Source: Leptolyngbyaceae cyanobacterium (GTDB taxonomy: Bacteria > Cyanobacteriota > Cyanobacteriia > Phormidesmidales > Phormidesmidaceae). From it: DNA of 64,000 bases. The notes under the pieces are model-generated. The model worked only from the letters and a program-made list of their open reading frames with translations. It was not told the origin of the DNA and made no database searches. A program made the translations under genes and the position numbers. Below are positions 29,978 through 40,311 of the stretch, piece after piece (position 1 is the stretch's first letter; every line of letters starts with the position of its first letter). The stretch spans positions 1,408,001 through 1,472,000 of the forward strand of contig CBDHHL010000056.1 of assembly GCA_965263355.1 (NCBI GenBank). The letters are read 5' to 3'.

Positions 29978-30021
29978 AAAAAATAAGGGACTAAAGCTGT
30001 AGCTTTAGTCCCTTATTTTTT
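29978..30021 (-). terminator. Terminator downstream of tRNA-Met
   Basis: aaaaaataagggactaaagct / agctttagtcccttatttttt. Confidence 0.85.
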
Positions 30022-30023
30022 AT

Positions 30024-30100
<77 letters not shown>

Positions 30101-30197
30101 TTAGCGCTTTACAAGTATAGCGATGACATGGATAAACCGCAACAGTTTTTTGCCAAAATCCCTAAACTCTGGCAAAAACCTACAGCCACAGGGCTTT

Positions 30198-31151
30198 CTA
30201 GGACAGTGCGAGTTCACCAACCATATCCAGACGCTTGTAATCACTTAGATTCAAGTAGGTTTCGGCCAGGGTATCGGCAATATCAGGAGAAATCCATCCC
30301 AGCTGCCGCAAAACATGTAGGGCTGCTGCATATTTAGCCCGCTTCGACCCATCCACGACTTTTAAGGCTATCCCCAAGCCCTCACCCACTCGACTGAGGC
30401 ACTGAATTCCTTCGGCACCCGACTTACTCAGAATTTCACCCTGGGTAAGCCGTATTAATTCGGTATCAAATCCCTGGGGGCCTGACACCATATCTGGATA
30501 AGTGGTCATGGCCCGAACCACGCGTTCCATTTCAAGATTTTCACCTGAGGCCAGCTTGGCGTAGAGCGTAGCCATTTGCCGCAGTTGCATAAAATAAGTG
30601 GGGGCACCACAGTCATCATGGGCGGCAATAAATTCATCGGATGGCATGCTCAATAACCCCGAAAAGCCATTGAGAATTAGCTTTTGTAACGGGTGATTTC
30701 GCTGCAGATAGGTATTGAGTTCCCATCCCTGTTGCTTACACACCGCCAGCATGCCTGCATGCTTACCCGAACAATTATGTTCCAAAGGACTTTGTTTGCC
30801 ATGGGGTACCGGGCATTGCAAACATGCCGGTTCTAAATCGGCACGCCAGAGGATACCAAATACCTGTCGTGCTTGATTGGTCAATCCCTTGTGGGAACCA
30901 CAAATAATAGCCAGGTCCTTGTCAGTGAGATTAAACGAGTCTAAAGCGCCCGTAGAGGTTACGGCGATGGCTTGAAACGGCTTTAGGGCTGACCGAATAA
31001 AGCTGGCATTGTCAGCATCACCAGCCACCGACAGCAATCGCCCACGATTGTCAGCCACCGCCGCATGGACCTGGTGGACAGACTCAACAATGCCTTCCCT
31101 CAGCAGTTGAACTGCGAGGGGTGCAGTAGAGATACGGCTTGGCCTAGACAT
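30198..31151 (-). CDS. L-asparaginase II family protein
   Basis: RSALKPFQ, SH.G, NCSGKH, DDCGAP, KSGAEG. Confidence 0.9.
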   Translation of the reverse strand: MSRPSRISTAPLAVQLLREGIVESVHQVHAAVADNRGRLLSVAGDADNASFIRSALKPFQAIAVTSTGALDSFNLTDKDLAIICGSHKGLTNQARQVFGILWRADLEPACLQCPVPHGKQSPLEHNCSGKHAGMLAVCKQQGWELNTYLQRNHPLQKLILNGFSGLLSMPSDEFIAAHDDCGAPTYFMQLRQMATLYAKLASGENLEMERVVRAMTTYPDMVSGPQGFDTELIRLTQGEILSKSGAEGIQCLSRVGEGLGIALKVVDGSKRAKYAAALHVLRQLGWISPDIADTLAETYLNLSDYKRLDMVGELALS

Positions 31152-31181
31152 AGATTTTGATTGAAACAGCTAGAAACACGG

Positions 31182-31213
31182 CCAGATAGACAATACTCCA
31201 GATAGACAATACT
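31182..31213. repeat. Perfect 16-bp tandem duplication
   Basis: ccagatagacaatact x2. Confidence 0.85.
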
Positions 31214-31319
31214 GGAAAATCTGAACTAAAAGCCAGAACACATCCACAGGAGAGCTATTAATAATGGCTCCTTTAAATAGTCCATTATTAGAAAAAACTG
31301 GCAATTGCCATTACAGTCA

Positions 31320-31817
31320 TTAAAACAATGACCAACTGAGGAGACCGGCTGCTAGGCAACCGACCATGATACCGAAGGTTTTTCTCAAACGAGTCAGAAT
31401 TGGTTTGACTTGATAGTCCACAATTAGACAGTCGCGTCTAAGAATGTCATCAGGTTTGGTCCATATTTGACCGTCATACCAACCGGATTCTTCATAGGGC
31501 AAGTCTTTTATCCGTAATCGATGCCCCACATGGGACCAACCTACGTACAGTTGCAATAGGGTAAGCGTTGGTATGACCAATGCCCCTAAGGCACCACTGA
31601 TTAAAAACTTATGCAAAAATTTAGTAGGTGCAAAACTAACGGCGGAAATCGGTCCAGAGACCAGCCAACTCAAACACCAAATCACCACAACAGGCGTAAC
31701 ATAACCGCGCATATCACGAGCGCCCCAACTATAAAACCAGGACTCTCGCATCTCTTCGTATTCTCGAATAGGTAGTTGCTCAGCAGGAACAGGACACCTC
31801 GGTGCAGAGCGTTTCAT
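31320..31817 (-). CDS. CGLD27/Ycf36 family protein
   Basis: CPVP.EQ.P..EY, YEESGWYDGQ.W.KP. Confidence 0.9.
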   Translation of the reverse strand: MKRSAPRCPVPAEQLPIREYEEMRESWFYSWGARDMRGYVTPVVVIWCLSWLVSGPISAVSFAPTKFLHKFLISGALGALVIPTLTLLQLYVGWSHVGHRLRIKDLPYEESGWYDGQIWTKPDDILRRDCLIVDYQVKPILTRLRKTFGIMVGCLAAGLLSWSLF

Positions 31818-31870
31818 AGTTAACGGTCACAAACACAAAACTTCATCATAGAATAAGCAACCCTCTAGGA

Positions 31871-32305
31871 CTATTGCCCCGTGATGGGTGGTCTAGGGAT
31901 AAACTCAATCCGCTGGACATGGCCCCAAAAGGCCTCAAGGTCGTAGTATTCTCGTTCTCTGGGCTGAAAAATATGGGCAATTACCTCACCGTAGTCATAG
32001 ATCACCCACTTACCTTCTTCTGTGCCTTCTGTTCGTAGCGGAGAACGGCCATGGTCGGTCTCGATAGTGGTTTCAATGGAACGAGCAATCGCTCGAACCT
32101 GAACATTAGTAAATCCGGTGGCAATTACAAAATAATCGGCAAGATAGGATGCGTCACCCACCTGAAGGATTGTAATGTCCTCTGCTTTGCGGTCATCGGC
32201 AGCATTGGCAATGGCCATTGCCAGTTCTAATGCTTTTTCGTCTGTCTGACCGGCTGCGATCGCATCTACAGTCCCTAATGTGTCTAATTTAAGTGCCTCA
32301 GTCAA
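31871..32305 (-). CDS. rsfS: Ribosome silencing factor
   Basis: DDRKAEDI, DYFVIATG, W...DYG, REYYDLE.FW. Confidence 0.93.
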   Translation of the reverse strand: MTEALKLDTLGTVDAIAAGQTDEKALELAMAIANAADDRKAEDITILQVGDASYLADYFVIATGFTNVQVRAIARSIETTIETDHGRSPLRTEGTEEGKWVIYDYGEVIAHIFQPREREYYDLEAFWGHVQRIEFIPRPPITGQ

Positions 32306-32505
32306 CGATATAAATCTCCCTCAAACTTGAGTCTGGATATCTACACGGTAATGCAAATTTTTTGAAGCAGAGCATATAAAAAATATCTATCTTTGTAGTG
32401 TAAAGAGGTGTAATAAATTACCAGCATCACCTGATGTTAAATTTTGCCATCATGGGGGATAATCCAGCTGATCTTGGATGTGAACATAATTGAGGCAATG
32501 CTGCT

Positions 32506-33408
32506 ATGGCAACACAGGCAGGGATAGGTGTGTTAATTGGATTAGGCATTGGCTCAGGTTTGACCGCCTTCTTTATGCAACGTATTATTCGCCGCCAGGA
32601 CAATGCTTTGCAACAGTCCCTTAACCGATTGAGCCGCATACAGGAAGACCATGCGCAAGATTTAAATGCAGCCTTGGAAAAAATGACCGCTGACTATGAA
32701 CAGCAATTAGCGGCCAAAATTGAGCGTTATCAAGACAACCATGAAGAACAACTCAATGAACTAGAGGCTGAATACGAGGCTCGCATAGCTGCCTTAACCA
32801 ACCTCGACCTCCAGCAAGCACCTGACACGTTAACGGAAACAAACTCCTCAATCCCGGTAGCCTCTCCCGAAGTAGATTCAGATGCAGCAAACAGTTTCAC
32901 CCCGATCCCCGATCCTTGGACAGACCATAGCAATGCCCCAGTAGTCGTTTCTGAGCCTGAGACTCCAGTAGCCCCCACAGCTGCTGTACCAGAGTCTGAA
33001 CCTGAGTCCTCAACCACTACTACTCCCACAGCTACACCAGAGACCAAGGCTGCTACGTCCAAGCCCATTGCGGCTATCCCATCTAAATCCGTGATCTCCA
33101 GCCCTACTGAACTAACTCAGAAAGCTACAGATCTAGGGAAAGCCGCCGCTATAAATCGTAAAGACGCCATTCGCGCTGTCCCCCAACTGGGCAAGCTCGT
33201 TAAAGATAATGATGCAGATGTTCGCTTGGCTGCGGTTACTGCCCTGCATGAATGTGGCTCCATTAAGGCAATCCCTTTTTTGAGAAAAGCCCTCAGAGAC
33301 CCTGACAATCGCATTGTGGCAGCTGCAAACATGGCCCTTAGCCGGTTTAAAGGCAATAAAAAACCATCACCAAAAGCTAAAAAACGTCAGCAGAAACGTC
33401 TTCGCTAG
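32506..33408 (+). CDS. Membrane-anchored HEAT-repeat protein
   Basis: TM anchor, coiled coil, P/T/S linker, VRLAAV.AL / AIPFL..AL.D repeats. Confidence 0.8.
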   Translation: MATQAGIGVLIGLGIGSGLTAFFMQRIIRRQDNALQQSLNRLSRIQEDHAQDLNAALEKMTADYEQQLAAKIERYQDNHEEQLNELEAEYEARIAALTNLDLQQAPDTLTETNSSIPVASPEVDSDAANSFTPIPDPWTDHSNAPVVVSEPETPVAPTAAVPESEPESSTTTTPTATPETKAATSKPIAAIPSKSVISSPTELTQKATDLGKAAAINRKDAIRAVPQLGKLVKDNDADVRLAAVTALHECGSIKAIPFLRKALRDPDNRIVAAANMALSRFKGNKKPSPKAKKRQQKRLR

Positions 33409-33413
33409 GACAG

Positions 33414-33463
33414 ATGGGTTTCCTCTACGACAAAACTACAGTTCTGGACGTGGGCAGTATTTA
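33414..33463 (-). mobile_element. Partial copy E of the ~70-bp repeat
   Basis: Reverse complement taaatactgcccacgtccagaactgtagttttgtcgtagaggaaacc resembles copy D. Confidence 0.55.
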
Positions 33464-33616
33464 CCGGCTCAGCTTGAGCCAAGCTACGCTTACTGCCATG
33501 ATAGGCAAAGGTTTTTAAGCCTTACCCACGTCAGGCACAATTAATTTACCGTAGAAACCTCTACAGGTCATGCCTTGTAAGTGGTTGAACCCGCTCTGCT
33601 ATTTGAGGATATCCGA

Positions 33617-34036
33617 ATGACTAAAGCAATCATGGAAACCGACAAGGGGACCATCAGCATTGATTTTTTTGATAGTGATGCGCCTAATACGGTCGCAAAC
33701 TTTGTCAAACTTTCTCAGGATGGGTTCTACAACGGTCTTAACTTTCACCGTGTAATTCCTGATTTTGTCATTCAGGGCGGCTGTCCTAATGGCACCGGGA
33801 CTGGTGGCCCTGGCTACAAAATCAAATGTGAAATTAATCCCAACAAACACGAAGCCGGTAGCCTATCCATGGCCCATGCTGGTCGCGATACAGGGGGCAG
33901 TCAGTTCTTTATTTGCCACTCCCCCCAACCTCACCTTGATGGCTTACATACTGTGTTTGGCAAAACATCCGACATGGAAGTCGTTAATGCCATTGAGGCA
34001 GGCGATAAGATCTTATCGGTGACAATTCAAGAGTAG
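33617..34036 (+). CDS. Cyclophilin-type peptidyl-prolyl isomerase
   Basis: [34 protein letters not shown]. Confidence 0.95.
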   Translation: MTKAIMETDKGTISIDFFDSDAPNTVANFVKLSQDGFYNGLNFHRVIPDFVIQGGCPNGTGTGGPGYKIKCEINPNKHEAGSLSMAHAGRDTGGSQFFICHSPQPHLDGLHTVFGKTSDMEVVNAIEAGDKILSVTIQE

Positions 34037-34247
34037 CTACAGCCTGAGTATGGAGACTACTGCCAAATAGGTAGTTACACACCATTATTTGACCTTAAAA
34101 TTACTATGGTGTTGTTACTCCCAGCATAAAGCTACAGCTGTTGTGATGTATCAGGAGTCAGCATTCAGAATCTCACTAAACTCAGTTGAGTTGCTGCTGA
34201 AGCCTTGACTCCTGACATCTGATTTTTATTTAATACGGCGTATTTCT

Positions 34248-34622
34248 ATGGCGAATATTACAGAATCACTCAATGGTGCATTAAGGATTGACGGAGCTAT
34301 TGGAGTTGCTGTTGGCGATTGGAAAACTGGGTTTTCCCTGGGGCAGGCATCTGCTAGTAATGTGTTCCCAGATACAAAACTAGAGGTTGCAATTGCTCTG
34401 AACTCCGAAGTTATAAAGGCAAAAAATAGAGCTGTAGAAGGGTTAGGTCTGAAAGCAAATATTGAAGATATTCTCATAACGTTAGAGAATCAATATCATT
34501 TGCTCCGACTCTGTCAAACCATACCGGGTGTTTTTTTCTATCTAGTTATGGATCGCGAAAAGGCTAATTTAGGTCTTGCTCGTATCAAGCTACGCTCTCT
34601 TGAAGAGTCAATTCAAATTTAG
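34248..34622 (+). CDS. Roadblock/LC7-like small protein
   Basis: IDGAIG...D..TG..LG; IEDILITL..QYHL.R; FYLV.D..KANL.LAR. Confidence 0.7.
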   Translation: MANITESLNGALRIDGAIGVAVGDWKTGFSLGQASASNVFPDTKLEVAIALNSEVIKAKNRAVEGLGLKANIEDILITLENQYHLLRLCQTIPGVFFYLVMDREKANLGLARIKLRSLEESIQI

Positions 34623-34746
34623 TGTTCTTCTGTATTGATTTACGCATTTTTAAGAGCATCAATGCTGCTGATAATGTCTTTCGTTACCATCCAGGCATAC
34701 AACAGCCATGTAAAAAATTCTATTGAACTAAGCGGTTTGGACGCTA

Positions 34747-36798
34747 TCAACCAGCCTCATCTAGCAGCTCCAACAGTTGAGATTCATTGAGTTGTGGCGT
34801 ATTGTACTTCTCCGCTTTTTTAAGCTTACTACCTGGATTTTTTCCCACAACAATATAATCAGTTTTTCCACTGGGCATTTTGTTAATCCGCCCGCCTGCA
34901 TCGGTAATGCGCTGGGTTATTTGTTCATAGGTAAGTGCTTGGAGAGTTCCTGTAAGCACAAAGCTTTTCCCCGTTATTTTTGTAGTAATCATAGGTGTTG
35001 CCGATTCAGCTAAAGGCACATCAGGCGTTTGAGGTGGTTCAGCTTGCTTGACGTCCAAGGCTTCTTGCATGGCCACTTGCTTTTTTGTTGACGCCTTGAG
35101 CTGAGTAGCCTGGGTTGCTATGGTTTCCTGAGCTGTCTGCAATTGCTGTGTTAATTCAGCATTCAGGGTGGTCAACTCCTCGATCTGTCGATTCAATTGC
35201 GGTGTCTGCTGAGCCGTTTGTTGAACTAACTGCTGATGCGTCTGGGTTAGTTCTTCTAGCTGGTGGCGTAATCCTGTTTCCCGCTCAAAAGAGACTTGGG
35301 CCTCTAGCAACGACGTTTGCACTTGGGCTAGCTCGGCCTCCAACATGGAAACCTGGGCTTGAGTTTGAACCAATTGGGTCTGACTTTCAGTTATTGCCCG
35401 TTGTTGCTGGTCACGTTCTTGTATAAGGCTTTTAATCTCAGCTTGTGCATTTTGGACGGCCTGTTCTTGCTGCTGTGTCACTGTCTGCTGCTGGTCATGC
35501 TGTTGCTCTAGCTGCTGGGTAAGCTGAGCAATGGTCGTCTGAGACTGAGTGACTTCTGTCTGGGCCGTTTCCCGAGCGTGTTCTAACTGCCGAGTGAGCT
35601 GAGTGATGGTTGATTGGGCCTGGGTTAACTCTGTCTGAGAGAATGCTCGAGTTTGTTCCAATTCCTGATGGAGCTGGGCAATTGTGGATTGAACCTGAGT
35701 ATCATCTGTTTGAGCAACGGCAAGGGATTGCTCTAACTGTTGTTTAGTTTGTTCTAGAGTCGTAATAGTTTGGGTTAACTGACGTTTGTCGGTCTCTAAA
35801 TCGTTACATTGCTGCTGCAACGTTGTGGTTTGGGTTTGCAATTGGTTCAGCTGTGAACTAACCTGCTCTAACTGTTGAGTGAGCTGAGTGATGGTTGCTT
35901 CTGTCTGATTGATTTTTACCTGAGACGCTTCTCGGGCTTGTGCCAGTTGCTGATTAAGTTGAGTAATCGTTGACTGTGCCTGGGTGGCTTCTGTTTGGGA
36001 GATTTCTCGGGCCTGCGCCAGTTGTTGGGTTAGCTGAGCAATGGTTGCTTGCGCCTCTGTCTTCTCTGTATGAGAGATTTCTCGGGCTTGCGCCAGTTGC
36101 TGATTAAGTTGAGTAATCGTTGTCTGCGCCTGGGTAGTTTCTGCTTGAGCAGTTGCGAAGGCTTGCTCTAGTTGTTGTTTACTGTGCTCTAACGTTGTTA
36201 CCGTTTGGCCTAGCTGATTGTTTTCAGTTTCTACAGTCTCAAGCTGTTGCTGCAACGTTGTGACTTGGGCCTGTAATTGGCCTAGCTGTGCTTCAAACTG
36301 AGCGTGTTGCGTCTGGGTCTCTTGCTGGAGCTGATTTAACTGTTGCTCCGTTTTCTCTAGATTGCTAAGACGCTGCTGGGCTGCTTTTAATGAGTTTTCT
36401 AATTCACTGGTGCGTTTGTGTTCTTCTGTCCAGTCTTGCTCCAGTTTCTGCTTTTCTGTTGTCAGGTTCGTTACTTGGCTCTCTAGTTGAGTTACTTTAA
36501 CCTTAACCGCAGTGGAGGCGTTGGCAATGCGATCGCGTTCTACCGTGAGCGCACTCACCTGCTGTTCCAGCCCCATAACCGCATCCTTTGCTAAGGCCAT
36601 AGCCTCAGTCAAAGTTTGAGTTTGCGTCTTTGTCTGAGTTACCTGCTGAGTCAGTTTGATGTTAGTCGACTCCAACTTAGACAGCTCAGTCGCTTGCTGA
36701 GCCCGCTGTTTCCCCTGAATGCTGGCCATTACTGCACCCACTAAGACAGCTGTACCGACACCAGTACCTGCCAGTTCTGAAATTAGGGTGTAGTCCAT
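34747..36798 (-). CDS. Membrane-anchored Gln-rich coiled-coil protein with C-terminal BRCT domain
   Basis: N-terminal hydrophobic helix, 25-aa repeats, LigA-type BRCT (GKSFVLTGTL...KTDYIVVG..PGSKL.KA). Confidence 0.85.
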   Translation of the reverse strand: MDYTLISELAGTGVGTAVLVGAVMASIQGKQRAQQATELSKLESTNIKLTQQVTQTKTQTQTLTEAMALAKDAVMGLEQQVSALTVERDRIANASTAVKVKVTQLESQVTNLTTEKQKLEQDWTEEHKRTSELENSLKAAQQRLSNLEKTEQQLNQLQQETQTQHAQFEAQLGQLQAQVTTLQQQLETVETENNQLGQTVTTLEHSKQQLEQAFATAQAETTQAQTTITQLNQQLAQAREISHTEKTEAQATIAQLTQQLAQAREISQTEATQAQSTITQLNQQLAQAREASQVKINQTEATITQLTQQLEQVSSQLNQLQTQTTTLQQQCNDLETDKRQLTQTITTLEQTKQQLEQSLAVAQTDDTQVQSTIAQLHQELEQTRAFSQTELTQAQSTITQLTRQLEHARETAQTEVTQSQTTIAQLTQQLEQQHDQQQTVTQQQEQAVQNAQAEIKSLIQERDQQQRAITESQTQLVQTQAQVSMLEAELAQVQTSLLEAQVSFERETGLRHQLEELTQTHQQLVQQTAQQTPQLNRQIEELTTLNAELTQQLQTAQETIATQATQLKASTKKQVAMQEALDVKQAEPPQTPDVPLAESATPMITTKITGKSFVLTGTLQALTYEQITQRITDAGGRINKMPSGKTDYIVVGKNPGSKLKKAEKYNTPQLNESQLLELLDEAG

Positions 36799-37171
36799 GG
36801 CTTACAAGCTCTCCACTAGATAACAAGGCTTCTATGGTAAACAGCGATGGGGTTAACCCCGCTGATTAGCAATAATGTTTTAGAAATTCTGACGTCTGAC
36901 CATTGTACTTAACTCAATTTCATCCACTAAGCAGCAAGGTTCGATAGGCTGAAACACCTACCTACATTACGTTTTAAGCTAAAATTTTTTAGAATACCCA
37001 GACAAGTACTAACAATCAGACAAAATACTAGGCATTAGGGATATCGATAGTACATTTGCTTTAAGTCCTAGTCAGTTTAATCAGTTTAAGAAGTGCCTTC
37101 CTGAACAAAGCTATCTGCACATGAAGAATAATGGACTCAACCAAAACTTTCTCAACCTCTCACGCTCCAAA

Positions 37172-37507
37172 ATGTCAATTACTTCAATCGCTAGTTAGAT
37201 TTTACTGTGAACATTCATAAGTGTAACGGCCTTAGTGACCTTAACGGCCTGTAACTCCAACTTAGATGATCCGTTCGGAGTAAAAGCGCGCCGTGCTGAA
37301 GCGCGTCGTGCCGAGTACCAACAGGTCTACGAGATTACAAGAGCTAACTACGAGCAATCTAGCGCTGTTTACGATCAAGAAATCTTCTTCACTGATATGA
37401 AGCCGACACAAGCAGGCTACCTTAAACAGGCTAAAATCGATCTCGACACAGCGAGTTCTTTGGAAGCTCTACAGTTGGGCAATAAAGAGCTAAATCCACA
37501 TAATTGA
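37172..37507 (+). pseudogene. Putative lipoprotein with two in-frame stops in its signal peptide
   Basis: ATG 37172: MSITSIAS*ILL*TFISVTALVTLTAC, in frame with ORF 37235; LTAC lipobox. Confidence 0.45.
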
Positions 37508-37522
37508 TAATATTGATAATAC

Positions 37523-39424
37523 TTAACGGTCTTCTAAGAGGATTAATCGCAAAGGATCCAAATAAACTGTCCAGGGTAACGGTTGGTATTTTAGAGCAGA
37601 CCACTGGTCTTTAAATACCTCTGCTTGTAGATGATAGTCCCGCTCGTTGATAGGTGGCAGATGAAGTTTTAGATATAGGGTCATGCGGTGGGGTGTTTCA
37701 CTGTTGGCAGCCAGCCAGCAGTGAAACGTGTTAGCAGCAGCAGGAGAAGATGATAGATCCTGCGTCTGTTCTTGATTTAGGGTCGACCCCAAAATATTAA
37801 TATGGTGAGCGCGAATGCCAATTTGAGTGAGATTGAGTGGCAGCGGCTCAACTGTTTGGAGAATACACTGCCAGTGACGGACTTCAACCTGATGAGTGCC
37901 ATAGACCAAGGCAGGAGAAAGATTTTTACAACCGGTTAATTGAGCAACACTAACCTTACGAGGCTGCTCAAAAATATGGTGTTTGGGACCATGGGCAATG
38001 GCATTTCCCTCGTTTAATACCAGCAGCTGATGACAGACTCGATAGGCTTCTTCTAAATTGTGGGTGACCAATAAGGTAATGCCTTGATAGCTTTGCAGGC
38101 GGTCGATAAGCTGACGTTCAATCTGATCACGCAGGTGGGTATCAAGGGCCGAAAACGGTTCATCCAACAGTAACACTTCCGGCTGACTGGCTAATGCTCG
38201 CGCTAGGGCTACCCGCTGCTGCTGGCCACCAGATAGCTCATGGGGATAGCGATCGGCTAAATCTTCAAGACGAACTGCCGCTAGCTGCTGGATGACAATT
38301 GTCTGAATCTGGTCTGACGATAGCTTTTGAGATAGTCCAAAAGCGACATTTTGGGCAATAGTAAGATGGGGAAATAGGGCATAGTTTTGAAAGAGAATGC
38401 CAATTTTGCGATCGCAAATCGGCACGTTAATTCCAGCGTCTGAATCAAATAATACCCGACCATTGAGCACAATCTTGCCAGCATCAGGGGTTTCAATCCC
38501 TGCCAGACAGCGCAAAATCAAACTTTTACCAGCTCCAGAGGCCCCCAATAATCCCAGGGGTTGATCGTCCGTAGAAAATGAAACATCCAGCGTAAAGTTT
38601 GATAGGTGTTTTGTGAGCTTAACAGAAAGAGAAGGGCAGAAGGAGAGAGGGGGAGAATACCCTTTAATCGTTACCGCCTCAGCTGTTTCTACGACGCCTT
38701 CCGTGGTTGTTCTCTTTGCTGCCTCTTTGCTGTTTAATTTCCATCCATTCCCTCTTTTTCTAATTCGTTTACTGTGCCGTGGCTGCCACCGATTGACCCA
38801 TAGAAGTCCGCCCAGGGCAACGGCTAGAATTACGCCGGTCCAAATAGCAGCCTCTCTAAAGTCTCCTCCCTCAACGGCGAAATAAATGGCCATGGGCAGG
38901 GTCTGGGTACGTCCTGGAATATTGCCGGCCAACATGAGGGTAGCCCCAAACTCTCCTAAAGCACGGGCAAAAGCCAAAGTAGCCCCGGCGATTAGACCGG
39001 GCAGGGCCAGGGGTAAGGTAATGCGCCAAAATACCGTAAGTTCGGAAGCTCCCAGGGTGCGTGCGGCTTGCTGTAGATTTCTGTCAATTTGTTCAAATGT
39101 GCCTAATGTTGTTTTGTACATCAGCGGCAGAGCCACCACAGTTGCTGTGAGTACCGCTGCATACCATGTAAAGACTAGATTAATACCAAAGTTAGCAAAT
39201 ACAATGCCAAGCGGACCATTTTTTCCCAGCAGGATTAGCAATAAAAAACCCAAGACCGTTGGCGGTAATACCATGGGAGCAAGTAAAAGGCTATCTAATA
39301 AAGCCCGTCCCCGTCCCCGATAGTGATACATAACGTGGGCAGCCGCAATGCCCATAAAAAAGGTGACGATGGTGGCAATCGTCGCAATACGTAAGGAGAT
39401 CCAAAGGGGGGAGAAATCGAGCAT
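37523..39424 (-). CDS. modB: Molybdate ABC transporter, fused permease + ATPase (ModB-ModC)
   Basis: P.VLPPTVLG, FARALGEFGAT; GASGAGKS, LSGGQQQR, LLDEPF. Confidence 0.93.
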   Translation of the reverse strand: MLDFSPLWISLRIATIATIVTFFMGIAAAHVMYHYRGRGRALLDSLLLAPMVLPPTVLGFLLLILLGKNGPLGIVFANFGINLVFTWYAAVLTATVVALPLMYKTTLGTFEQIDRNLQQAARTLGASELTVFWRITLPLALPGLIAGATLAFARALGEFGATLMLAGNIPGRTQTLPMAIYFAVEGGDFREAAIWTGVILAVALGGLLWVNRWQPRHSKRIRKRGNGWKLNSKEAAKRTTTEGVVETAEAVTIKGYSPPLSFCPSLSVKLTKHLSNFTLDVSFSTDDQPLGLLGASGAGKSLILRCLAGIETPDAGKIVLNGRVLFDSDAGINVPICDRKIGILFQNYALFPHLTIAQNVAFGLSQKLSSDQIQTIVIQQLAAVRLEDLADRYPHELSGGQQQRVALARALASQPEVLLLDEPFSALDTHLRDQIERQLIDRLQSYQGITLLVTHNLEEAYRVCHQLLVLNEGNAIAHGPKHHIFEQPRKVSVAQLTGCKNLSPALVYGTHQVEVRHWQCILQTVEPLPLNLTQIGIRAHHINILGSTLNQEQTQDLSSSPAAANTFHCWLAANSETPHRMTLYLKLHLPPINERDYHLQAEVFKDQWSALKYQPLPWTVYLDPLRLILLEDR

Positions 39425-39475
39425 GGGATTTCTGAGGAAAGAGAGAAGAAGAAGAAGAAGGAAGAGGACGCGATT

Positions 39476-40303
39476 TTATCTCCTAAATCCGAATTCTGCA
39501 AACACTGTCTGGGCAGACTCTGTTGTCAGGAAGTCAATAAAGGTTTTGGCTGCTTCAGGATAGTTAGTATTTTGTACGATGGCAATGGGATACACAATCG
39601 GCTGGTGCAAATTTTCCGGCACCGTGGCAAGAATCTTGACCCTTTTAGATAGAGTGGCATCAGTAGCATAGACAATACCAAGGTCAACATTCCCGCTGTC
39701 TACTGCGGTGAGGACGCTACGCACATTGTTGCCAAAGACAAACTTAGGCTGAAAGTTATCCAATAGCTCTAGATTTTGAAACACCTGCTCAGCATACTGC
39801 CCAGCCGGGACGCTGCGAAACTCTCCAACAGCAACTTTACTGATGCTGGCTGCCCGGAGCCGAGAAACATCGGTGATGGTTAAATCGGACGTGATCGGTG
39901 TAATTAAGACTAAACTGTTGGCTACCAGCTCCTGACGAGAACCAGATTGGATTAAACCTTTGTCCGACAGCGCATCCATTTGATTAGTGGCGGCAGCAAA
40001 GAAAATATCAACAGGTGCCCCCTGTTCAATCTGTCGCTGTAGTACCCCCGAAGATGCAAAGTTGTAGTCTACGATAATATCGGGATAAGCGGCTGTAAAT
40101 TGGGGTGCAATAGCATCCAATGCATCCTGTAGGCTAGCTGCAGCGGACACCGTAATTGTCACACCGTCACGGGTTTGGCTGTGCCTGGCTCCATGGCTGC
40201 CAGATCCAGGCAGCGTAGATAGCCCTGCAGTACTACAACCGACAACGGTTAACCAGGAGAATAGGCTAATAAAAACAAGGGTGAGATAGTTGCGACGTTG
40301 CAT
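39476..40303 (-). CDS. modA: Molybdate-binding lipoprotein
   Basis: SAAASL, FASSG.L..QIEQGAP.D.F, VPAGQY, GIVYATDA, PIVYP. Confidence 0.95.
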   Translation of the reverse strand: MQRRNYLTLVFISLFSWLTVVGCSTAGLSTLPGSGSHGARHSQTRDGVTITVSAAASLQDALDAIAPQFTAAYPDIIVDYNFASSGVLQRQIEQGAPVDIFFAAATNQMDALSDKGLIQSGSRQELVANSLVLITPITSDLTITDVSRLRAASISKVAVGEFRSVPAGQYAEQVFQNLELLDNFQPKFVFGNNVRSVLTAVDSGNVDLGIVYATDATLSKRVKILATVPENLHQPIVYPIAIVQNTNYPEAAKTFIDFLTTESAQTVFAEFGFRR

Positions 40304-40311
40304 GGCAGGTA

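Noticed and set aside
34747..35000. BRCT domain as a ligA pseudogene
   Set aside because: No adenylation or OB domain; it is an in-frame part of an intact 683-aa ORF
39434..39468. Purine tract with (GAA)5 between modA and modB
   Set aside because: Short simple repeat with no evidence for phase variation
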